62,414 nt of DNA from Candidatus Giovannonibacteria bacterium (GTDB lineage Bacteria; Patescibacteriota; Minisyncoccia; JACPKW01; UBA11713): assembly GCA_016176285.1 (NCBI GenBank), contig JACOXM010000003.1:1-62414 (forward strand), written 5' to 3'. A program made the position numbers and the translations under genes. A model generated the notes under the pieces. It was not told where the DNA came from. It worked only from the letters and a program-made list of their open reading frames with translations, and ran no database searches. Below, piece by piece: positions 55,432 through 62,341 of this stretch; the first letter of the stretch is position 1, and each line of letters begins with the position of its first letter.

Positions 55432-55818
55432 ATGAAAGGAATTATAATATCTATTGTTATATCCGCGGTTGTAATCGTGGGAGTAATCGTGCTCGTGAAC
55501 AACGGAAACGGAGGAAATATTAAAGAGGGGGAGAATGTAAGTATGGTTGATGGAAAACAGATTATTGAGATTGATGCGAAGGGCGGATATTTTCCACGCA
55601 AAACAATCGCGACGGCAGAGGCGCCGACAGTTATCCGCATGAATACGAAGGGTACGTTTGATTGCTCGTCCGCCTTAGTGATACCAAAAATAGGATATCG
55701 CTCATATCTCCCTTCCCAAGGACAAACCGACATAGAGCTCGGCCCGCAAAAATCTGGAACAAAAATCCAGGGGCTTTGCAGTATGGGAATGTATAACTTT
55801 GAAATAGAATTCCAGTAA
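55432..55818 (+). CDS. Membrane-anchored cupredoxin-like domain protein
   Basis: 128-aa ORF with an N-terminal TM and a beta-rich domain with Cys/Met residues (CSSAL, CSMGMY). It is the last gene of the copper operon. Confidence 0.45.
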   Translation: MKGIIISIVISAVVIVGVIVLVNNGNGGNIKEGENVSMVDGKQIIEIDAKGGYFPRKTIATAEAPTVIRMNTKGTFDCSSALVIPKIGYRSYLPSQGQTDIELGPQKSGTKIQGLCSMGMYNFEIEFQ

Positions 55819-55822
55819 GTCG

Positions 55823-56254
55823 CTACTGTTTGTTTTGTTCGAGGTCTTGGATTGTTTTTTCAAGCGAATCGAAAAATTTCTGGCGGTCTCCGTCAATTTG
55901 TTTTTGGAGATTTTCTAACTGCTTGTCTATTCCTGCCCAGAACTCTTTTGCCTGTGTTTCAGAGTCCGCGAATATCTGCTGGAGATCTTGGCGGGTTTTT
56001 TCAAGTTCTGGCTTTAATTCCGTGGGAGTTCTGCCCAAGCGGAGGTACGCCCAAATTGCCAAAAGACGGGCGCGCGCCTCGGCTGTTCTATACTGGCGCT
56101 GGGCTTCGGATAGGCGCTTTTCCGAGTCTTCGGAAAGTTTGTTAAAGTTGTTGCTTAAATTAGCAACGTAATACAGCGTGATTGCCAATAAAATAAGCGT
56201 GATTATGGAAATCACGATCCCAATTTTTGTCCACTTAGTAGCGTTTCCATTCAT
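55823..56254 (-). CDS. Membrane-anchored coiled-coil hypothetical protein
   Basis: 143-aa ORF with an N-terminal TM (IGIVISIITLILLAITLYYVA). Confidence 0.45.
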   Translation of the reverse strand: MNGNATKWTKIGIVISIITLILLAITLYYVANLSNNFNKLSEDSEKRLSEAQRQYRTAEARARLLAIWAYLRLGRTPTELKPELEKTRQDLQQIFADSETQAKEFWAGIDKQLENLQKQIDGDRQKFFDSLEKTIQDLEQNKQ

Positions 56255-56359
56255 ATACTATAGTGACGTAAAACATTAAATAACTTACTTTGCTTTATTA
56301 TTTTGAAATTGCTAGGATATAGTATAATTTTTATTCTTAGGCGGGGACCGAGGCTTTCT

Positions 56360-56446
56360 GGAGGCGTGCCGGAGCGGTTGAACGGGCCGGTCTCGAAAAC
56401 CGGTATACTCGAAAGGGTATCGGAGGTTCGAATCCTCCCGCCTCCG
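56360..56446 (+). tRNA. tRNA-Ser (anticodon CGA), long variable arm
   Basis: Acceptor GGAGGCG/CGCCTCC, anticodon stem CCGGT/ACCGG with loop CTCGAAA, variable arm TATACTCGAAAGGGTATC, T arm GGAGG-TTCGAAT-CCTCC, G73. Confidence 0.85.
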
Positions 56447-56457
56447 CAGACAATAAT

Positions 56458-56907
56458 ATGACAGATAAAATAATTATTTATTCAGCAGGATTAATTACCC
56501 TCGTATCTGTTATTTGGGTAATTTTTCTGGAAATTCGATTGAGAAAAGTTTTTGGCGGGAAAAAGCCTGATGGTTTGGAAGAAATTTTAAAAACAATCGC
56601 GGCGGAGTTGAAAGACGGAAACGAATTCAGGGAAGAAATGGAAAAATATTTGGAGAATGTGGAGAAAAGGCTTCGCAGGTCTGCACAGCATGTCGGAATA
56701 GTGCGTTTTAACCCGTTTCCGGACGCGGGAGGAGACCAGAGTTTTGCCATTGCCATAATGGATGAAAAAAAATCAGGAGTTGTGCTATCGTCTCTATACG
56801 GGCGGGATACCTCGCGCATATACGCAAAGCCTCTCGAAAACGCGTCTTCGCACTATCAGCTTTCTAATGAAGAGCTTAAGGCGATAGAAGAAGCGCTGAA
56901 GAAGTAA
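56458..56907 (+). CDS. DUF4446-like protein
   Basis: 149-aa ORF with an N-terminal TM and the VRFNPF.D.GGDQSFAIA..D....G.V.SSLY.R block. Confidence 0.55.
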   Translation: MTDKIIIYSAGLITLVSVIWVIFLEIRLRKVFGGKKPDGLEEILKTIAAELKDGNEFREEMEKYLENVEKRLRRSAQHVGIVRFNPFPDAGGDQSFAIAIMDEKKSGVVLSSLYGRDTSRIYAKPLENASSHYQLSNEELKAIEEALKK

Positions 56908-56934
56908 TTTTTAGGAATTAGTTATATATTGATT

Positions 56935-58437
56935 ATGAATTCCAAATCAGAAATTGGAGCAGAAACACGTCCGCCGATAATCGTGGTTATGGGGCATATT
57001 GATCATGGAAAGACTACGCTTTTGGATAAGATAAGGAATTCCAATGTCGCAGAAAAAGAAACGGGCGGGATTACCCAGCATATAGGCGCGTACAAAATTC
57101 AGACGGAGCGCGGCGGAATAACTTTTATTGACACTCCGGGACACGAGGCATTTTCCAAAATGCGCTCGCGCGGAGCAAGGGTTGCGGACATAGCCCTCTT
57201 GGTGGTTGCCGGGGATGATGGCGTGAAGCCGCAGACAGAGGAGGCGTTAAAAGTTATTAATGAGGCCAATCTGCCTTTTATAGTTGTAATTAATAAAATT
57301 GACCGTGAAAATTCCGATCCCGAAAAGGCAAAAAAAGAACTTGGTGATAAGGGAGTCATTTTTGAAGAATGGGGAGGGAAAGTTCCGGTGGTAAAAGTTT
57401 CCGCGAAGACGGGACAGGGAATTCCGGAACTTTTAGAAATGATATTACTTCTCGCAGAGATTGACGGTTTAACTTATGATTCTTCGAAGAGCGCCGAGGG
57501 TGTTGTCATAGAAGCGCACCTCGATTCACAGCGCGGGCAGTCCGCGACGCTTCTTCTTCGCGATGGCCAATTAAAAAAGGGAGATTGGATACTCGCCGGA
57601 GACGCAAAGGTAAAAACGAAAATTTTGGAAGATTATCGAGGAGAGCCGGTTAATAATGCGCTCGCCTCCGATCCGGTGCGGGTTGTCGGTTTTGATAAAT
57701 CTGTAAAAGCGGGAGCGGTTTTTAAATCCTTTAATTCGAAGGAAGAGTTGGATGATTTACTTAAATCCAGCCAAGCCCAGGCATCCTTAAGGACTCCGTA
57801 CCAGGAGGGAGAAAAAGTTGTTCCAATTATTTTAAAGGCAGATGTTTCCGGATCGCTCGAGGCGATTGAGGGCCAAATTGCCAGGATTGATTTGAGTGAT
57901 TATTCGCTTGCTATCCTAAGATCAGAGGTGGGCACTATAACGGAAGATGATATTAAACTTGCCTCCGGCAATAAGAATTCTTTAGTTATCGGTTTTCGCG
58001 TAAAAATAGATAAAGCCGCGATAGCCACCGCTGAACGCTTCGGAGTGACGGTAATGAATTTTAATATTATTTACGAGCTTGAGGATTGGATAAAAAAAGA
58101 ACTAGAAAGAATAATCGGGGAGGAAAAAGTCAGGAAGATTCTCGGTGTCGTGCGTATAATAAAAATTTTTAAGGAAACTGGATCTAAGAAAATTGTCGGC
58201 GGGGTTGTTGAATCCGGAGGTATTTATTCCCAGAAGCGCTTCACTCTTCTTAGAAGGAATTTTCCGTTGGGAGAGGGAAAAATTTCCGAATTGCAGGCGG
58301 GTAAAATTAAAGTCAATGAAATTCTTTCAGGAAATGAGTTCGGGGCGCTTGTAGAAATTGCTATTGAGGTTGTTCAGGGAGACAGGCTTGAAATTTTCGA
58401 TGAAGAAAGTGTGTGGAGAAATCTCACAAAAATATGA
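56935..58437 (+). CDS. infB: Translation initiation factor IF-2 (short form without the long N-terminal region)
   Basis: GTPase motifs GHIDHGKT, DTPGH and NKID, plus IF-2 C-terminal domains. ATG at 56935. Confidence 0.9.
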   Translation: MNSKSEIGAETRPPIIVVMGHIDHGKTTLLDKIRNSNVAEKETGGITQHIGAYKIQTERGGITFIDTPGHEAFSKMRSRGARVADIALLVVAGDDGVKPQTEEALKVINEANLPFIVVINKIDRENSDPEKAKKELGDKGVIFEEWGGKVPVVKVSAKTGQGIPELLEMILLLAEIDGLTYDSSKSAEGVVIEAHLDSQRGQSATLLLRDGQLKKGDWILAGDAKVKTKILEDYRGEPVNNALASDPVRVVGFDKSVKAGAVFKSFNSKEELDDLLKSSQAQASLRTPYQEGEKVVPIILKADVSGSLEAIEGQIARIDLSDYSLAILRSEVGTITEDDIKLASGNKNSLVIGFRVKIDKAAIATAERFGVTVMNFNIIYELEDWIKKELERIIGEEKVRKILGVVRIIKIFKETGSKKIVGGVVESGGIYSQKRFTLLRRNFPLGEGKISELQAGKIKVNEILSGNEFGALVEIAIEVVQGDRLEIFDEESVWRNLTKI

Positions 58438-58766
58438 GCGCCAGGAGAATAGATAAACTTAAGGAGCTTTATAAAAGAGCTTCAACGGAATTCATTCAAA
58501 AACATACCGAGGCGGAAGGATTTATTTTGAGCATCACAAATGCGGAGCTTTCTGATAAATTAAACCGCCTTAAGATATTTTTTTCGGTATGGCCTGACCA
58601 AAAAGAAAAGGATGTGCTAAAATCTTTAGAGAGTTTAAAAGGGGGGCTAAGAAAGGAGCTTGGGGAGCGCGTAAAAACGAAATTCGTCCCGCAGATAGAA
58701 TTCGTGCCGGATGATTCGGAAAAAAAGCGACTCCGCATTGAGGAGCTCTTGAATAAGGATAAATAA
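58434..58766 (+). CDS. rbfA: Ribosome-binding factor A
   Basis: About 110-aa ORF overlapping the infB stop (ATGA), in the conserved infB-rbfA order, with an RbfA-like pattern. Confidence 0.7.
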   Translation: MSARRIDKLKELYKRASTEFIQKHTEAEGFILSITNAELSDKLNRLKIFFSVWPDQKEKDVLKSLESLKGGLRKELGERVKTKFVPQIEFVPDDSEKKRLRIEELLNKDK

Positions 58767-58786
58767 AAAGATAATTTATTATTTCG

Positions 58787-58861
58787 GGCCGAGTAGCCAA
58801 GTGGTAAGGCAAGGGACTGCAAATCCCTTACACGGGGGTTCAATTCCCCCCTCGGCCTCCA
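58787..58861 (+). tRNA. tRNA-Cys (anticodon GCA), CCA encoded
   Basis: Acceptor GGCCGAG/CTCGGCC, anticodon stem AGGGA/TCCCT with loop CTGCAAA, T loop TTCAATT, U73 followed by CCA. Confidence 0.85.
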
Positions 58862-58863
58862 AT

Positions 58864-58948
58864 GCCCGGGTGGCGGAATGGTATACGCGAAGGACTTAAA
58901 ATCCTTTGCCCACAAGGCTTGAGGGTTCGAGTCCCTCCCCGGGCACCA
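58864..58948 (+). tRNA. tRNA-Leu (anticodon TAA), long variable arm, CCA encoded
   Basis: Acceptor GCCCGGG/CCCGGGC, anticodon stem AAGGA/TCCTT with loop CTTAAAA, T arm GAGGG-TTCGAGT-CCCTC, A73 followed by CCA. Confidence 0.85.
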
Positions 58949-59026
58949 GAAAGGAAATATGATATAATTGTTGATACTAGCCGCACCGCTCAAAACCGCA
59001 AAGGAACCCGTAGAAAAACATCGGCT
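58944..59026 (+). repeat. 83-bp direct repeat, left copy (starts in the last 5 nt of tRNA-Leu(TAA)); putative attL
   Basis: CACCAGAAAGGAAATATGATATAATTGTTGATACTAGCCGCACCGCTCAAAACCGCAAAGGAACCCGTAGAAAAACATCGGCT is identical to 61514-61596. A second 13-nt block ATTTTGGGGGAAG follows at 59060-59072. Confidence 0.85.
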
Positions 59027-59103
59027 CGCCTGCCCGCCTCTGGAGGGAACCATATTTTAATTTTGGGGGAAGAAAAATTTTTAATCCTTAATCCAAAAAC
59101 AAT

Positions 59104-59220
59104 ATGAAATATATACTTTACGCAAGAAAATCTACAGAAGAAGATGACCGACAAGTGCTTTCGATTGAAGCGCAACTCGTAGAGTTTTCAAGTGCATGTT
59201 TCTTGAATTCATACGTGTAA
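59104..59220 (+). pseudogene. Serine recombinase N-terminal fragment (truncated)
   Basis: MKYILYARKSTEEDDRQVLSIEAQ matches the catalytic-serine N-terminus of resolvase/large serine recombinases. The similarity stops after about 28 aa and the frame ends at 59220. Confidence 0.5.
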
Positions 59221-59303
59221 TTGATTGACCGTTCCGTACAGCTAAAGACATTCGGATTTTGCTTTAATACAGCAACTTCCTCAATTGAAAATGTTGTTCT
59301 CAT
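59187..59303 (-). pseudogene. Fragment of an IS-associated HTH protein (tentative)
   Basis: MRTTFSIEEVAVLKQNPNVFSCTERSINYTYEFKKHALE resembles N-termini of transposase-associated HTH proteins. It abuts the recombinase fragment. Confidence 0.3.
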
Positions 59304-59408
59304 GTTCTTTTGTTAATTGTTCATTCTAACAAAAGAAAACATTGGTACCCCCACAAAGTGTCCACTTTATGGGGTACAGATCATTTGTGCCCTTTGTTTG
59401 AAAATGCG

Positions 59409-59540
59409 CGAACCTTTTTTGAGCAGAACTGATGGCGCGCTTCGCGCGCCAAACTGAACGCTCGGGCGGGGCGGGAAGGAAAGGGGTTGAAGGGGAAGGG
59501 AATTCCCGCCCCGCCCTCGCTGGCGAACCATTTTCTATTT
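59409..59540. repeat. GC-rich imperfect inverted repeat, left arm (partner 61237-61370)
   Basis: The terminal 26 nt CCTCGCTGGCGAACCATTTTCTATTT (59515-59540) is the exact reverse complement of 61237-61262. It contains the hairpins GGCGCGC-TTC-GCGCGCC (59434-59450) and GGGCGGGGCGGG...CCCGCCCCGCCC (59464-59516). Confidence 0.75.
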
Positions 59541-61185
59541 ATTGATTGAAAAGCATTATCTCGCCAGTATCTTGATTGAACGAAAATTCGTTATTAGTGA
59601 GCGGGTTTAGTATCGGTTTTGTTAAATACTTGGGTACCAATTCCGATTGGGAAACAGGATGTTTGTTATTGTCGTATTTGTAGGCTTCTAGAGCCATCTG
59701 AAACCTAGTTTGCTCAACTAATAAATCAGCTTCGCATCTTTTCGTTTGTGTTGTAGATAAATCTGCCATCACAACGCTTTTTAACACCTCAAAAACAGCA
59801 TTTCTTGTAAGTGGTAATTTCCACACCACAATTTTGGGAAGTTTTTCCTCAAAACTTTTTTGATGTTCTTTTATGGCTTGATTTAACCGATGACACGGAA
59901 CATCGGCAAGTGCTATATTTTGTCGAGTATCTTCAGCCATTTCTGTAAAAAATCTATTTGGCTGAATATAAAAATTGGAGTCGATCTTATTTACAAACGC
60001 CAGTCCATTTTTCCCAGCTAGGTATTCTAATTTGAAAGCATTTTTGAGCCCACCCTCGTTTTGGTTATATTTTTCCATTTCAGAAATTTGTGGTATCAAC
60101 ATTTTTGAAGGAACGTCTTGTTTCGTCAATATTATTTGGAGAGTTTTCAACCCAATACGTTTCATTGCATCACCAACTAAATAATCAATCAAAGTTATGC
60201 GGGGCTCCTGCATCAATAATTGGCCGATATGAATAGGCGCTAAAGCATCTTCAATAGCACCTTGAAAATCATCCTTGTATGCTCTCGAAAGAGCGGATAG
60301 GCTCGTTAATCTTGCACTAACTCTCAAATAATTTAATGGGCATAGCTCCGTGGTGAACGAAATATTTTCAGCGGTCGTGGGGCATTGATAATAAGAGAGG
60401 GCTGCGGATTTTCTTACCTCTGTCAGTACATTTTCATTCTTGCTCAAAATTAAATCGGCCGCTGCTTTGTCCCACGCCTTACCCTCCAAAAACTCCATAT
60501 ACTTTTTATTAGCATCACCAGCTGGTTCATATATTTGTTCGCTAATTTTTACCAGCGAAAAATATGCGTTTTCTTCTTTGGGTGGCAGGACTATATTACT
60601 TGCTATTAAATCTGAATCGGAAATTTCTGGTAAATCAGGAAAAAGTAAAGTGAGAGACCCGACAGCCAAAGCTGGGATTGCGAAGATAAAAAATATTACT
60701 TGAAGAACTAATTTTCTAAACGTTCCGGTAAAATTATGCCTAAAGATAAAGGCAAGGAATGTGAGAATAATTATCGCCGCGTTCCATAAAAACGAAGAAA
60801 CGAATTCAACTGAAAATTGGAGATGTTCCCTAAATAGAATTGCTAAGATATTTATTACGGAGAGAAATGATAGAACAAAAAGAATTGGCAATATCCACCT
60901 GCGTAACTTAAAAGCGCCCCAAAATAGAATCAGAAAAACTAAAACCAATACAAATGCGCCAGCATACAGGCCGTACGGCACTAAAGAATATGAGATAGAA
61001 ATTTCTGTTAATTCCCCGAGGACTTTTACCGAGGATAATAACGACGATGTGATTGCTATAACCATTATTCCCAATGCTAGAAAACCTATGACCGCCCATG
61101 TTTTAAACACCATTCGCAACCACCGGGGAGGTGTTGAGATTTGGTCGTTATTTTCTTGAGGAGTAAGATTGTTTGACTCATTCAT
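59539..61185 (-). CDS. Hypothetical polytopic membrane protein with a large soluble C-terminal domain
   Basis: 548-aa ORF with about 6 N-terminal TM segments. I recognise no family motif. It is flanked by long inverted repeats. Confidence 0.5.
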   Translation of the reverse strand: MNESNNLTPQENNDQISTPPRWLRMVFKTWAVIGFLALGIMVIAITSSLLSSVKVLGELTEISISYSLVPYGLYAGAFVLVLVFLILFWGAFKLRRWILPILFVLSFLSVINILAILFREHLQFSVEFVSSFLWNAAIIILTFLAFIFRHNFTGTFRKLVLQVIFFIFAIPALAVGSLTLLFPDLPEISDSDLIASNIVLPPKEENAYFSLVKISEQIYEPAGDANKKYMEFLEGKAWDKAAADLILSKNENVLTEVRKSAALSYYQCPTTAENISFTTELCPLNYLRVSARLTSLSALSRAYKDDFQGAIEDALAPIHIGQLLMQEPRITLIDYLVGDAMKRIGLKTLQIILTKQDVPSKMLIPQISEMEKYNQNEGGLKNAFKLEYLAGKNGLAFVNKIDSNFYIQPNRFFTEMAEDTRQNIALADVPCHRLNQAIKEHQKSFEEKLPKIVVWKLPLTRNAVFEVLKSVVMADLSTTQTKRCEADLLVEQTRFQMALEAYKYDNNKHPVSQSELVPKYLTKPILNPLTNNEFSFNQDTGEIMLFNQ

Positions 61186-61236
61186 GTTTTTATTTTATCA
61201 CTTATCAATAAAAAGCTCCAATAGTTCCCGCTTTAA

Positions 61237-61370
61237 AAATAGAAAATGGTTCGCCAGCGAGGACGGCGCGGGATTCCTCCCCTTGAACCCCTCCTCCCGC
61301 GCCGTCTGAGCCGAAGCGTAGCCCCAGCCGCCCCGCGCGTAAGCGCGGAGCCGAGCTGAAAAATGTTCTC
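61237..61370. repeat. GC-rich imperfect inverted repeat, right arm (partner 59409-59540)
   Basis: Exact 26-nt terminal match, then the hairpins GACGGCGCGGG...CCCGCGCCGTC (61262-61316) and CCGCGC-GTAA-GCGCGG (61333-61348), in mirror order to the left arm. Confidence 0.75.
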
Positions 61371-61513
61371 ACCCTTTTAGAAGAAAAAATCCGGTGCGCG
61401 CAAATTCAGAAATCAAAAGAGAACATTTTTCTGCGAGGCAAATCCCGCCGTAGGCGGGATGGTGGCAGTTACGAATTTCTGATAAAGTGAGTTCGAGCTG
61501 AATTGTAAACGGC

Positions 61514-61596
61514 CACCAGAAAGGAAATATGATATAATTGTTGATACTAGCCGCACCGCTCAAAACCGCAAAGGAACCCGTAGAAAAACATCGGCT
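61514..61596 (+). repeat. 83-bp direct repeat, right copy; putative attR
   Basis: Identical to 58944-59026. Followed by ATTTTGGGGGAAG (61599-61611) and the start codon of the ORF at 61618. Confidence 0.85.
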
Positions 61597-61617
61597 TGAT
61601 TTTGGGGGAAGGTTGTC

Positions 61618-62292
61618 ATGCTTGGTATTGCAGGGTATTTTATATTCACTAAAGAAGCTACAAAAATTAAAGTTTTTACCAATAAAGAACAATGTGAGAA
61701 AGAAGCTGGCTCTAATTGTATTTATTACTTGTGCGATATTCCGCTTGGAGACTTGTACCAAAAGTTGTGTATAAATGGTCTTGGCTCTGGATGGTATAGT
61801 TCTGCAGAGATTGGAGATAACGAAACTACACAATCCGAAACCGCTCAATGGAAAATATTTACAAATACTGAATATAAATATCGGGTTAGCTATCCTGCCG
61901 ACTGGGAACTTGGGCAAATTACCGTAAAACAATCTCCTGCGGCAGTCCGGTTTACGAAAATAGCCAAACAAGGTGATAAATATCTTAACGATGCTGTTGT
62001 TGATATTATTGTTGAACTTAACCCACTTAGAAAAACACCTACCGAAGAATGGTATCGAGAGTGGGTAAAACAAATTCCGGCTGGAATCAATCTTGAAGGG
62101 GTCAAGATTGAAGAAACGACATTCAGGAATATGAAAGCGCTCAAAATCAACAATGATACGATTTTCTTCGTTAAAGGATTTAATATGTTTAGAATTACAT
62201 GGCATGTTGCTGGTGATTATGATCAGTCGCTAGTCAGGTCAACTGAAAAGATTTTTGAACAAATGTTGGACACTTTTGCATTTTTTGATTAA
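61618..62292 (+). CDS. Membrane-anchored/secreted hypothetical protein
   Basis: 224-aa ORF with an N-terminal hydrophobic segment, a Cys-rich stretch and the W.IFTNTEYKYRVSYPADW motif shared with the ORF at 49763. Preferred over the overlapping antisense ORF 61369-62205. Confidence 0.5.
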   Translation: MLGIAGYFIFTKEATKIKVFTNKEQCEKEAGSNCIYYLCDIPLGDLYQKLCINGLGSGWYSSAEIGDNETTQSETAQWKIFTNTEYKYRVSYPADWELGQITVKQSPAAVRFTKIAKQGDKYLNDAVVDIIVELNPLRKTPTEEWYREWVKQIPAGINLEGVKIEETTFRNMKALKINNDTIFFVKGFNMFRITWHVAGDYDQSLVRSTEKIFEQMLDTFAFFD

Positions 62293-62341
62293 TTTTTGCC
62301 GCCAAAGAAAAACTTGAAACCCGCCTGCAACGCTTTGCGTA

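Larger units (their letters stand above)
58949..61513. mobile_element. Probable decayed integrative element at tRNA-Leu(TAA)
   Basis: Bounded by 83-bp direct repeats. The right copy is preceded by a degenerate tRNA 3' remnant (GTTCGAG...GGCCACCA). The interior carries a serine-recombinase N-terminal fragment and an HTH fragment. Confidence 0.45.

Noticed and set aside
58496-59053. 185-aa minus-strand ORF
   Set aside because: It covers rbfA antisense and both tRNA-Cys and tRNA-Leu genes. It is an artefact of the GC-rich tRNA sequence.
61369-62205. 278-aa minus-strand ORF
   Set aside because: It overlaps almost completely the plus-strand ORF 61618-62292. That ORF has a hydrophobic N-terminus, a motif shared with another protein in the window and a repeat-borne upstream region. 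The minus-strand translation is Phe/Ile/Asn/Cys-rich with no recognisable features, and it runs into the structured non-coding region.
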